A stretch of 53,622 nucleotides of DNA, the filler included, from Sphacelaria rigidula (lineage: Eukaryota), in the NCBI GenBank assembly GCA_964200075.2. It is 5 parts of 5 records of this genome, joined end to end, with 100 filler letters (N's around TTAATTAATTAA, not from the genome) between each part and the next. Parts side by side here need not be neighbours in the genome. Positions count along the whole stretch, not along the records: positions 1 to 10,647 come from CAXNAA020006150.1; positions 10,748 to 21,392 come from CAXNAA020006151.1; 3 more parts are not named here. One strand, written 5' to 3'. Both the position numbers and the translations under genes were made by a program. Numbering within the stretch: the first letter of the stretch is position 1; every line of letters begins with the position of its first letter. The notes beneath the pieces were generated by a model. It did not search any database, was not told the DNA's origin, and saw only the letters and a list, made by a program, of their open reading frames with translations. Shown here piece by piece: positions 1 through 12,387 of the stretch.

Positions 1-73
1 AATTCCCAGATCGCTCCGAGAATCGAACCCCACAACTCAACCATCAGAAGGTTACGAGGTTACCAACTGAGCC
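1..73 (-). mobile_element. tRNA-derived SINE head fragment
   Basis: The reverse complement reads GGCTCAGTTGGTAACCTCGTAACCTTC...GGGGTTCGATTC...GATCTGGGA, matching the head of the copy at 13345. Confidence 0.7.
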
Positions 74-1993
74 TATGTACTACTGTTGTTTGTAGGACCG
101 GACTGGGTATAGCGTACGACCGCCATGTACAATAGCACAACACTGTAATGCAGTGTATATAGTACAGACCGGCAAAGTACAGCACAACACGGAACATCAG
201 CCTCTGTGCTCCTGTACTATACAGTGACGATTGTGTAGAGGGTATTTTTACAGATTCATGTGAGACGAATCCGTATTCACGCTGTCCGCATCACCTTCAT
301 CACGCACAAAGTGCGAGTTGCAAGAATGGGCGTGTCACCTGTCCCACCGCTCTGGATTATCCGCTTTGCAGACAGTCTGTATGCAGATAGGACATGCAAT
401 GCTGCATTGAAGTATCTGTGGACTTACTGCGTAGCCATCTTAGATAGAGAGAGTTTACGGTCGGTATATTTCACACCTATCAATAAGTCACCCTAAACCT
501 AAAACAAGACATACCGAGAACCCTCGAGCAGGAGCGGTGCATAGGTTTCCCGAGGCAAAGTGTGCGTTGGTAGACCTCAGGCGCCGATTTGAACGAAAAC
601 GCGTTCTGTTTGCGCGAGCAGCATACGGGACTGTCAGCCTTGCTAAAGATCCTATTTTGTGAATCGAACTCAAGTCGAATAATATATCAACCATATGTAG
701 AATATTATCTACTATTATTATAGATTGTAGCTACTGTTGTATCGTCTCATCACACCGTCCCCATCATGGTTGTCGATTGGTTGACTTAGATATTCGTCTG
801 CCCATGGTTACCCCACAAGCCGTGAGAGCAACTCAACCGGCGGAGACCGGACAAAAGACGTGGGGCAGGGTAAAGTGCGTAATTTTCACACGATTGCAGG
901 AATATGTGCCTAATGTTGCTACGGTCCAAGCCCCATGTTCGTGGTACACACCAGTGTTGCATGCCCAAGCTCCATGAACCCCTTCGTACCGAAGCGCCAT
1001 GGTCTCCTGTACGCGGGCAGTGCAGCTATCTTACTGCGGGCAGTTAGCGAGGGGTATGAACGTGTGAAATCCAATCTCCGTCTACTAAAACCAAGTAATT
1101 CACCGACCCGTCTAAACTCAAGTGAGAACGATTGCGACAGCCCCAGGCCGCCTGCATACGTATACGTATACGGGAGATCCTCGCAGCAGCACTCGTCCGT
1201 ATGTAGCTCGGTAGGGCATGGCCCGAGGCCCGAGGTAGATTCGTCAAAACATGTGGAATTTTTTTCCACTTGGTTCAGGGTTGGAAGGATCAGTGAGGGC
1301 ATCGGTTGCCTGTTTGATGCGATAGAGTAGTGATGATGGGGTCGACACAAAAATTTGGGCCGCAGCTCTAGTTTTTATTATTTCAAAAATACAAAAACAA
1401 ATAACGTCCAGATTTCTTATCTCGAACAGCAGGCCTCCAAGCAGGCGTTCTGTCAACGAGTGTACGTGTGTTCAACTGAAATCATCAGTACAGTAGTGTA
1501 GAGTTGCAAAAAAGATGGCAAATTGCATCGATAATGTTGCAACGTTACATAAGGGGCACCTCGCCCCTCACGTCACATCAGCCCCCCAGGACAGCCATCG
1601 ACTCCTCGGGAGGTGCACTGGGCGTGCTACGGAGCGAACAGCTTGTTGTTCGCGATTGTTGGAGCGGGGTGGCCGAGTCTTGGCGTGCTGACCTACTCGA
1701 AGTGTGCCATTTGTTGTGTGCGGGGTTTGAATTTTTGTTCGCGGGGTTGCGTGTTTCGGGCTTTGCCTCGTCACCCAAAGTGCCCCTGCGTGTGTTCTGT
1801 TGTTGCCTTCTGCTGTCACAATCAGATTTATTCATTACATTTACCCAATCGGTCATTTATTTCTTCCCTGCTGATTTTTCATTCAGCGGGCGGGCTGCTG
1901 TTGGTGTCTGGGGAGCTGTCCACAGGGTCGGTACTGCCTTCAGCGTGAGGCTTTTGGTGTGTTGTACAGCCGAACTCGATACGCTTACTGCTC

Positions 1994-4900
1994 ATGGATA
2001 TAGATGCTGCTGATCCCATGGACTTGCATCAGGACGACTCGCCGAATCAGCCAGCCTCTGCGGCCGCCCGGCCGATAATCAAGCAAGGCTCTGGCGTGTG
2101 GGGATTTGGTGGCGGGGCCTTTTCTTCTCGAAATGGCTGGACAGAACAAGAGCGGGCTGCTCATCGCAGCTGGGATACGGGAGCAGACAGGAGAACTGGA
2201 GCAGTGGATCAGCCCTCGTTCGCGTTTCAAAATAATGAGAGCGTAGCCGGCGCATGCTCTATCCCCGCTGGTGGCCGGTTAGCCCGGGACGATCTATTAT
2301 TACATAGGCCTCTTGACGGCGGCTGCGATGGCGACGACGGAGCACGAAACGGCAATCCGGTGAGGAATGAGATGTCCTACGAAGCAACGGCTCTCGGGAT
2401 GATGCCCGCTGCTTCAATATTCCACCCAGTCAAGAGCGCAGGAGGTTGCGGTAGTAGCATCAGCGGCGTCGGAAGCTCGAGCTCTACTACTAACGGTGGA
2501 CCAGTCCCGGTTGATGATGGTGGTCACATTCCTACTGGTACCCCTGTACAACACCTTGACGACCCGGCTGCGCCCTCTTCGGCTGTAGCCTCCAACAACA
2601 AGCACCCTAAAAAGAAGTCCGGGAGGCCACGGGCGCCTAAAAAGAAGGGAAAGCAGGGGGGCGCTGTGGACGCCCGCCCTCGAGTCCTGCGGAAAATCAA
2701 GCGACCACGGCCGCCCGAGGTTGCTTTGGGCGCCAGCGGTAGGGACAGGGCGATGGCTATGCTGTGTTCGCTGGTGGACAGTCCACTGTCGGATGAGTTT
2801 CATAAACCTGTTCTTCACCTGCACCCGGAGGTATGCGCGCGTTCCTTCTGTCTGTGTGTGCGTGTGAGTTTTGGAGTACGCTTGTGTCGCGTCGTGCGTG
2901 TGCTTGTTGGCGTGCTGTTTTGTCTACTACCCTTTTGCACTTCGTCTCGGTTGTATTTCATGCTACCCTGTTCTACTTCGTCCATGTTGTATATAGTTGG
3001 CTCCCTTTGTAGTGTATAGCTGCTGCGGATAAGATCGCGTGGGGAGCTGTACTACCTCCTGTGTGCTTGATTAGTCGGTCGACTTGACTCCCTTCAAAAC
3101 GTGCTGAAAAAAGTGCCAAGCTTTCGCAGTTCAGTGACCGATACCGCACAGTACTCCTGGAGTCTGTGCATGGCGTGACCATATTCTGACGCGATTTATG
3201 TTGCCTGGGTGGCGCCCGATCACCTTTGCGTGCTTCGGGGATGCTGGATATTGTTGTGTTGTCTTCTTCGGGTTACCGTACACGCGAGTACACATGGGTG
3301 CTGCGGATACCTTTCTACATACTGCGCGTCCTCTTCCCGGCGTCATAGGCCAGCCGTGTACGTTCCTTTCTGCTGTCCGTCTCCGGCGTGTATGCACGAC
3401 CGAAATGAAAACCGAGCGGGCGTGCGGCCGCCTGGGCATCTGTTCATCTGCTGTCTCTCGAAATCGTGAAACTTACTGTGTACTTCAACGATTTCTTGGA
3501 TCACAGCTAGACATATACATATTGTTACGTCGCCCATTCAAGTGTACACTATAACAAATGTCCATCCCTCGCGTTCACACACGTTTGCTGCCCCCCCCCA
3601 CCCCTCTTCCTTGTAGCATCCATTCAACGCAGTTCCATTCTCAAATCTGCGTGCATGTTCGTCGCTTACTCCCTGTAGTCAGCACGCGCTGAACAACCAC
3701 GTGCATTTTGCCGACTCGGATAGCGAATAGCAAGCAGCAGATGCCTGTTGGCGCTCTTCGAACCATCGCCAGGTATTTTCTGGAGCGCAGCTGAGCCGTA
3801 GCGCCGTTAACAACTCCACCTATACGCCCTTACTCCTTGCCCGGCTGCATTTTCCCAGTATAAGATGCGTCGGTCGGAAACTTTTATGGCCCGGTGAACC
3901 CGCTTCTACACCTTATGCCCGCCCCGCACCTCGCGTGGCACTTCTATACATGTGTATTCTTGCTTAATCGGGTCCAGCTGGGCGAGCGATACATGTCTGT
4001 GGTGCGGAGGCCGATCGACCTGAGCACCATTGCTCGCCGCTTACGACGGGGAACCTACGACAATGCCGCCGGACGGTTAAGACGGGACGTGCTGCGTATC
4101 TTCAAAAACTGCGAGAAATTTCACCGCGGCAGCAGCCAGCTGTTCGTCAACATCGCCAGGGAGTTGACCGTGAGTCGGTATGTGGTGTTTTAGTGTGTGG
4201 TGTCGTTTTGTGTTCGCGTCGTGCTATGTTGCGGAAGTTGCTGGTTTCACTGGCGACCTATTCCTGGATCGGGTCTTGCACACGTGCCGGTTAAGGTATG
4301 TATCGATTCGATTCCGGGGTTGCTACAAGTAAAATGGCTTCTTTTTTTTTCCAGGAGGGGAGAGGGGTGGGGGAAGCACGTCGGTTTTAAAAATTTGCGA
4401 AACATTATACATGTGGCAACGTATATGTGTCCGACGAGATATGCATGTCATGCATGTCCTTTGTATCTAGCGTATATACGGCGCTCTCGATTTGTCACGA
4501 ACACCGAGGTACCACAGCACATCTGACTCCGCTTCCATAACCCCTACCCCCACCCCTCCCCCTTCTAACTAAACGATTGTCTTTACTGGAACTCCCTCTC
4601 CCTGTGACAGGTACTGTTCGAAGCTGAGTGGGCAGAAGCAGACCTGCCCATCCCCGGGGAAACTCAGGCACAATCCCTCCGCACACGCGCGACGCTTCGC
4701 GCCGCGCGCTACAAACTCTGCTGGGCTGCAGCGCTTCGAGGCCCGTTGCTGGAAGCCGCTCGCAAAGCCGTCCAAGCGGCGGCCGAGGCAGCTTTGAAGG
4801 TCGGGGGTCGCGGGGCAGCCGATGTGCAGCAGAGACTCGGCGCCGAAGTGTTGCCGCTTCTGCTGAGCAGCGGCGAAGATCGTAACGCAGAAAACGTCGC

Positions 4901-7900
4901 CGGGGCAGCGGCGGCAGGGGAGTCGAAGAATGGTGTAAGCGAGCGGTCATTAACCCTGGGCTCCTTCGTCCGGTGCGCTTGTTCCGCGCTTGGCTTGCGG
5001 CCAGACCAGGCTCCAACCGATGCACAGCCAGCGGCAGCATGGGCTGATGGCTCTGCGGACGGCGGGGATGCGGTGGATGCGAACGGCGCCATCGCTGGCA
5101 GTGCGGACTCGAACGACCTAGCGAAGGCTGCCGGTCATCACGAACACGCTAGCGCACACATGTTGGTATCTTCGGCAGGGGCCGGGGACTACGGTGCTGT
5201 GGGACAGGAAGCAGGTTCGTCCGCGCTGGCGAACGGTTCACCCACCCACGCGCCCGTTGAAGGCCCCGCATTTTCCACCCCGGTAGTGGCAGTTAATGAT
5301 ATCGCGGAGGACTCACGGTGCGCCGAATGGTTGTTCGGACCCCGCCAATCAGCGTGGCTGTCGGCAGAAACAGCAGCTCGGAATCATGGCGTCACAGTGC
5401 CCGTGGCGAGTGCTACGGTGGCGGCTTGGCGGGTGTTGGATGCTGTTTTGTCACCCGCAACCGTGCTCGTCGCCGCGCGCGCTTCTCGAGGGACAGAATT
5501 CTCGTCGGTGTGGGCGCGACCGGACTGCCTTGTGTGGGCCAGGCAGGCGAAGAACTGCTTTTGGCCAGCGATGTTGCTTTGGGGCAGCAAGACGAACCCG
5601 GCATTAAAGGAAGTTAACAAAGGAAGAGTGCCGCCGGCGTTTCGAGAGGAGCTAGATAAACAGGCGAGTTTTTTTCACCACGAAAAGCCGACCAGATATT
5701 GCCTCGCGCGAGAGAGTGTCTATTCCTCTTGAATGCGAAAGTCGCTTGTTTCGGTCCCACATGTCCCGATCACGTGTCCCGATCGCGAGCGAATCTTGTG
5801 ACGTGATCTTGCTTTCATGTGCCGATGATCCTGCACTCAACATCCCAGTGGCTTCCCAAGTATACTAAAGCAGGCATACTATGGCAGGTATACTATAGTC
5901 AATACTTCGCAAGATTTGTGCTTCTGCGAATGACACGCCAATCCATATTTTGCAACGGCCAAACGGAACACGCAGGCAAAGGGGAAAGGAAATTACCGAG
6001 GCGCGGCGGGCAGTGCGGTCGTCGAGTTCTTCGGTTCGCACGAGTTTGCGCTGCTTAAGCCCGATGCCCTAAGATCGCTCAGCACGCTGGGCAAGTGTCC
6101 CAACAAGACGGTGAGACGAGACGTCATGAACGCGCACGGTGTAGTATTCGTTGGCGTATCACCACAGCGTGCAATCATGATTGAGGTTGTGTCAGTCATA
6201 AGTACTGTAGTTTCCGAATGTTGCATCCGCTGACCCTACAGTAACCCTGACAACCCCAACCTCAGCGCTCCGTCTCGTCTGTGCATTTATGTGTCCTTGC
6301 CCTTTCGCCCGTGAAGTATTCGTCTCTTTGAGGTTCTCTACGCTCGTCTTCCTGGAGAGATGACCTTCCTATTTTCGGATGGTTGGTAGAATTGTAGTGT
6401 ATTTTTGTTGCCTGGCTTCACACGCCCTTCCTGTATTTCACGATGGATGACGCTGATTTGAGTGTAAGCTCATACTTTCCATGATTTGTTGGGGCCCACG
6501 GGGGGTCACAGCATAGATTTCTTGTGTACCAAAATATGAAGTTTCCAGAGCAAGCCCCTTCATTCAGAACGGGTACTGGAACATGGGGAATGACTATATT
6601 CTGAGACCGTCGGTCAGAGCGACAGAAAACAGATGGCCGGGTAATCCCTTGTTTGCGTGCCTAGTGTTGCGGCTGTTGATTTATTTTTGCGGATTTTCCT
6701 GCATGCAGATAAAATGGGCCGATGGGTATGTCTCGGTCCGTGCAAAGATAGTATCTCAACTGGCCGGCCTCTTAGCCGTCTCGACTTTCGCTGTATAGGT
6801 TGCGTTGTTGCCGTTTTATCTGGGTGGGAAGTGGTTCGGCCGCTTCACGGCTCTCATGTTGGCGTTTCAAACCCTGTCCGCTGTCTGCGCTCTTCAGATT
6901 TCGAAGAACAAGCGATGGGAGCCCACAATGGAGGAGGCTGTCAGGGGTGTGGCCGCCTTGCAGGCACTGGATTCAGCCATCGATCAACCGCAGCCACAGC
7001 GTGCGAGGGATCTCGGGTTTACCGCCGACACTGCCGGCAATGAGGTGCGCTGAACTGTAACACCAAGCTTGGCCCAAGTTGTCCTCACGCCTTCAAGTCA
7101 ACGCGAACCTGGGGTGTGCGGTGTGCGGTTTGAGGGTGTGCGGGAAACAATTTCTCTTTATGGACTTCCCGGTTCCGTGCCGCATGCCGTCATATCTTCC
7201 AAGAACATTATTCGGCTCGTCATCGTTGACGTGTATGTTGGATTCTGTGTTTGCGTACCGTTGCCCAGCCGTTAAGTCGTGCCATGTCCTGCCCCGCCCT
7301 GTCCCGCCCCGCCCCGCCCCGCCCTGTCCCGCCCTGTGAGTTAATATGCTTGACTGTGTCGTTGTGCCCTCCCACATTATGACATTATGACATCATGACA
7401 TGATGGATATTTTCTTCCGCTTCATTTTTTTTTACGAAATTTGTCTAATTTTTCCGTCGCCATCACGAGTATTGTGTTCCATGATTTATAGCTGTACACA
7501 CCACGTCTCGCGGCCACTGTTCTTCCGCGTTTTGTCGTACACACCAATTTCATCATGTTAATTTATTTTTCGAATACGTGAGTCAGGGTACATAAAACAT
7601 GAAACATGATTGCGCTAAAGAATCTTGCCTGTAGCCCACGGGCATTACCGCACAGGGAACTCGCTCGCAACCACCACGTTTTCAAATTCAAATACGTGAA
7701 ATTGTGACGGACCAGTCGATGGACCGACGCTCCCGATTCAGGTGGTAAACCTGCGATACTGCCTGAACCAACGCCTTAACGGTAAGTGACGTGTTATGAC
7801 CTGTTGTGTGTCCTCATCAAATATTCATATCTGTTGTGCCTTCCTCCTGCTGCTATGTGTTTGTTCTTCGGTATCACCACTACCATACCATCGCCTTTCC

Positions 7901-10181
7901 CAGCAGGCAATGTCGGATTCAGATACGGGAACCTCTAGCGGCGAGAGCGTACTGGTAACCGACGATGACAACGATGAACCGGAACAAACATCTCCCCAGC
8001 AGCCGTCAACTCCGGCATCAACTCCGACTGCAGCGTCAACCCCCACTCCCCCATCAGCATCCGCAGCGGCCAACGTTGTCACCGGGGCCACGGGGGGGGG
8101 ATTCTGGGGAATATTGTCTCCAAACCCGGTGCCAACAGGCTCATCCTCACACTCAAACTTGCTCCCACCGGCGCAGATACTGCGACCTACAACGCCTACT
8201 CCGACAACGCCGGGGGGTGACCTGGACTCAGCGTCGGTGAAGCCCAAGCCAAAGCGTAAGCGCAGTCCTGCTGATCCTAACGCCCCCAAACGCTGTCGGA
8301 AGAAGCTTGGCCCACTGGGTACGTCTGGTGCGTCACCAGAGGCCGAGTCGGTTGTTGCGGCGAGCGGTGAGGGCTCCGGCAGCGATGTCCCGGCAGATGA
8401 AAAACCTGAAATTACGGCCCGTGAAGCGGCATCGAGAGACGTATCCGCCAGTTTTGGTTCTGCGGTGAACCACGTTGGTTCTGATGTTGCGGCGGAAGGT
8501 GCTCCTGTTTCTCCGGCGATGAACCGGACGCCGGCAACGTTGGTGGGTGACGACGCTTCTTCAGGGGCGACTCGAGGCGGAGGGCTATGGGGGGTGGGCG
8601 TGTGGGGTCCGAATGGAAGCGGGGCGGTGTCACAGGAGCCTGTGGATGGTGTTCCTGCTTGGAGGTTGGTACGGTTTTTCTTGTCTTGTGTTGGGACACA
8701 CGCCGTGGGGTCATGTAGTTTGTTCCGGTATGCGATTGCGATGGCTGTCGTTATATGCTGGCAAACTTGAAAAGAGGTTGTGCCGTGTACAAAAAATGGA
8801 CGTTTCGTCACATGTCATCGTGTGTTTTGTTTTGTTTTTTTGCGGTGAGATCGCAGGTTGGCTTTGAAGCGACCACGAGAGGAGATGACGAAGAAGGAGA
8901 GGGCTTTGGATTGTGTCGTGAGGTACATGAGCAAGTTCGGCGATCAGTTCTTGCGGCCGGCGCAGAGGGCGGCTCTGGCTGCTGCCAGGGAAAAAGAGAA
9001 GGTGAGAGATGCACGGATCCATGGAGTCAGGTGTTGACAGATAAGAAGCGGTGCTCGTCAAGTCAAGGTGGTGACAGAAACAAGGCTCTTGTGTCTTGAT
9101 GTGGAGCACCGTATTCCTCTCATTTTGTTCGGTGTGTTTACCCATGTGAACCACGAACCAACCAGAACAGTTCTCTCGTGTTTTATGTTACTAAAGATTC
9201 AGTGGTAACGCCTGTAAACGAAGCACGGGCTATGGTACTTACAATCACCATATTCGAGTCCTTGAAATGATGGGCCTAACGCGTAGTCTTTCAATCAGGT
9301 ATGAATTCCACAGATATGCCATGCACAGTAATATGCCGTAATCCCCCCCCCCCCTACCCGGCTTTATAGGGACGGACATTCCTTGTGAGATTGGCGTCGG
9401 TTGGCGATGACGCTGTGAAACACGCCGCTCACTGCGTAGGCTAGGCAACCAGTCTACCGGGTTTTTTTTTGCGGTAACCATGATGGGTACTCGAGCTACA
9501 TCATATTGTGCGGGGTGGGAGAACCTCAACTCCGCGTAAAGGTGATAGTACTGAGTAGTGTTTGAATGGTGAGGTACCCATGAAGCAGTGTAAAAGCCGT
9601 GGCTGTCTCTGGAAGTGGCGATACCAGGAAATCAAGCGACTCATTGGAGGCTGTCATCCAAATGCAAAGTATTCAGTACGCTTCGGGCGGAACAATCTTG
9701 GCAGAATGCAGCTAACCCTTCACGCGACCCGCCGAATACACCACGGCGCTTCGCTCTTGGTGATTGAGTGCGAGCCTGGTCCGGCAAAACCCCGGCGTGC
9801 TACGTCCTGGCTTTGTAGGGATGCGAGGTCAATGGTCTTATGATTATGGCATGCAAGATCGTGAGTACCCCCCCCCCTACGCCGTATGGCTTTTTAGGAA
9901 TGCGAGGTCAGTGCTCGTACTACTGCGAGGTGCAAGACCATGAGTACACCTACCCCCTTGCAAGAGGAGCACACACACCATTCGCGCGCGTATTTCTTGC
10001 CTACGGTCATGATCCACAGGCAATGTATCGAGCTAGAGGCCAGCTCCCTCCCTCAGCCCCTCGCACGGTTGCGGCGGCAACTGTTTTGGGACAGACGGGA
10101 CTGTGGGGAACGTTGATGGGGGGGCCTGAGACGACTAAAGCTCAGCCGCAGGAGACGGAGAGTACAGATGACGAAGATGGG
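1994..10181 (+). CDS. Bromodomain + PWWP-domain chromatin protein, multi-exon, 3'-partial
   Basis: Exons 1994-2830, 3978-4169, 4611-5663, 5976-6110, 6898-7044, 7907(or 7904)-8664, 8857-9001 and 10020-10181 join in frame (intron phases 0,0,0,0,0,2,0). Introns are GT-AG except 5664-5975, which is GC-AG. Bromodomain: SDEFHKPVLHLHPE|LGERYMSVVRRPIDLSTIARRL..Y...RRDVLRIFKNCEKFH...ARELT|VLFEAEW. PWWP: LVWARQAKNCFWPAMLL...VVEFFGSHEFALL. No stop exon was found before the contig end at 10647. Confidence 0.85.
9345..9830 (+). repeat. Dispersed high-copy repeat (family also at 21070-21392, 32237-32530 and 10500-10647)
   Basis: Shared blocks GCGATGACGCT..AAACACGCC.CT.ACTGCGTA.GCTAGGCAACCAG and AGCCGTGGCTGTCTCTGGAAGTGGCGATACCAG...TGTCATCCAAATGCAAA. 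Confidence 0.8.
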
Positions 10182-10647
10182 GTGCGTACGTGTGTGTGTG
10201 CCTGTGTTGAACATGTGTCGAAAAATGTACGTCGAATACTGAAAAAATCGACACCTAGGAGTATATGTAATGCTACCGTAGGTCTAGAAGGTGTCTTTTT
10301 ATGGAAGTGTTTACTTGGTCAAGTGTTCTGTCTGATATGCGCGTATTGTACACTGAGTGGCTCGTGTGTATTTTTGTTTGTAGTATGCCCTTACTGCTGA
10401 TGGACACATCTTTGCTTTCGTCGTTTGATTCGTGCGGGGGTCGGGATATAGAGGGGTGTGGAGACGGAGGGCCAAGAGGGGGGGGGGGCGTTTTGCATGC
10501 TGTAGTAATATAACCAATGGCCTCGCATCCCTACAAAGCCGGGGCGGAGTACGCCTGGTTTTCCCCGGACCAGGCTGGGAGGGGGGGGGTGCAGGGGACC
10601 CTTTTGCTTGCTGTTGTGTTATTATCAATGGCCTAGCCTCCCTAACA

Positions 10648-10747
10648 NNNNNNNNNNNNNNNNNNNNNNNNNNNNNNNNNNNNNNNNNNNNTTAATTAAT
10701 TAANNNNNNNNNNNNNNNNNNNNNNNNNNNNNNNNNNNNNNNNNNNN
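10648..10747. other. Artificial contig spacer (44 N + TTAATTAATTAA + 44 N)
   Basis: 100-bp N block with a central six-frame-stop 12-mer, identical to three other spacers. Confidence 0.97.
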
Positions 10748-10939
10748 GTGGACCCAAAAGGGCCAAAATGGGGTATATTTTGATATGATTTTAGTATTGA
10801 AAACAAGTTTTTTTTTTCTTTTTTTTCTCAGTCAGCTTCGTCTGCACGTTTTCTCTCTAACGAGCCCAACTGTAGCATGATCGTGAGCATTGAAATACCC
10901 ACACGATTAAACGTCCATAACGATACAGACTTATGGGAC

Positions 10940-11260
10940 AGGAAGTATGAAGATTTCAGCCCATCTACAGGCGAATTTCTCCCGTGGATTGATTTTTTGG
11001 ACCCCAGTCCGTTGGGCAATGTTTTCCGCCAAGTTGTGAGCAAACCAGATCAATTCTCCGATTTTCTGGGCGTTGACTTTCGATACATGACCGGTCGGCT
11101 GAAATCGGGACAATCCCGCATCTCCCCCTATTTTTTCATAAAGAGAATTGATTTGGTTTGCTCACAGCTAGGCGGAAAACATTGCCCAACGGACTGGGGT
11201 TCGAAATATCAATCCACGGGAGAACCTCGCCTGTAGACGGGCTGAAATCCTCATATTTGT
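10940..11260. mobile_element. Foldback MITE with about 120-bp inverted arms
   Basis: ATTTCAGCCC.TCTACAGGCGA...CCCCAGTCCGTTGGGCAATGTTTTCCGCC.AG.TGTGAGCAAACCA.ATCAATTCTC is mirrored at 11142-11260. Confidence 0.75.
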
Positions 11261-11751
11261 AAAACTCGAGATTCGTTGCCATAAAAGTGAGTCTCACACA
11301 GGCGAATATTTTAAACCCAACATAATCTTCGACGCGTCTTGAGCAAAGCTGCCCCTCTTTTTTATTTTTTCAATGGGGTTTCTCGGCAACCACTGCGAGT
11401 TCTGGAGCGATACTTGGCGCTCCATGTCCGCCGTAAACCTGCTCCTGGAAACAGATTTTTGCACAAGCTAGCTCTGTTGCCGCGGAAAAGGTGCGAGTCG
11501 CGGGGAAGGGTGCTAAATCCGCTTCCTCCCACAAATTCCCCAGAGCGCTCTCACGGAATTCCACGCCGTTCCCAACGTCTTCGCAACATTCTAATACAAG
11601 TTGGGGAACGTACGTACCCTCTGTAGGACCGCGAAACTCCGCCGCAAAGCGTCTCTCCTAACGTGCGTATACTGGGTTTCGAGGCCTTTCACAGCAGGGA
11701 ATTCCTTTCGGACTGAAGATGGGGAAATGCCGCAGTAGAGGAAAAATAATA

Positions 11752-12315
11752 CCCTCTCTGATCGTAAATATAAGTCGGATTCTTACATTTTGCGGCGTAA
11801 CTCGGGCCCATCGCACTCTTTTTCCGAACCGTTATTTTATTTACACTTTCGGGAGCGGCGCGGCGCTTCCAGAACCATTTTTGCAAAGTGCCCTCCAAAA
11901 AAGCTTGCCCCACCCCAGCAGAAGTTGCTCGAAATCACCACCCCAACTTTGAAGCTCCGGTCAAAAGCCTTGCCATCCACTGCTGAAGCATGTCCGCTGC
12001 TGGGAGTGTGGACCAGGTGCCGAAACGCAAGAACTTCAACAACAACAAAAAGAAGACGAGGTGACTTGGCACCTCCTTGCTGGCAGCAACAACGGCGTCC
12101 TGCTACAATCAAGATGAATTTCAGCATTTTTCCGAATCAGGGGATGATAACGAACCATCCCCTCCCTTGTTGAGATTTTTTTCTACGCCCAGCATCATAT
12201 TCGATCGTATTTTAAACTCGTCCGACTTCCCACAACCACTAAATGACCGAGTTCTGACAAATCCGACTTATATTCCGGATTTCGGAATCAGACTTATATT
12301 TACGATCAGAGGGAG
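11752..12315. mobile_element. Stowaway/Tc1-mariner-type MITE
   Basis: Terminal inverted repeats (TIRs) CCCTCTCTGATCGTAAATATAAGTC and GACTTATATTTACGATCAGAGGGAG, flanked by TA on both sides. The interior (11840-12005) matches 41390-41590 in inverted orientation. Confidence 0.8.
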
Positions 12316-12387
12316 TACGATGTTTTGGTTTTCCCCCCGTATATTATCAATGCAGCCACTTCTGCGTACCGTACATCAGGCCTTTTA

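Noticed and set aside
919..1350. 143-aa minus ORF divergent from the bromo-PWWP gene
   Set aside because: It has no recognisable motif and I could not build a splice model. It cannot be excluded without a homology search.
7825..8811. 328-aa minus-strand ORF
   Set aside because: It is the antisense shadow of GC-rich exon 6 of the bromo-PWWP gene.
10692..10703. TTAATTAATTAA recurring every 10.74 kb or so, as a periodic biological motif
   Set aside because: It is always centred in N runs and is a six-frame-stop assembly linker.
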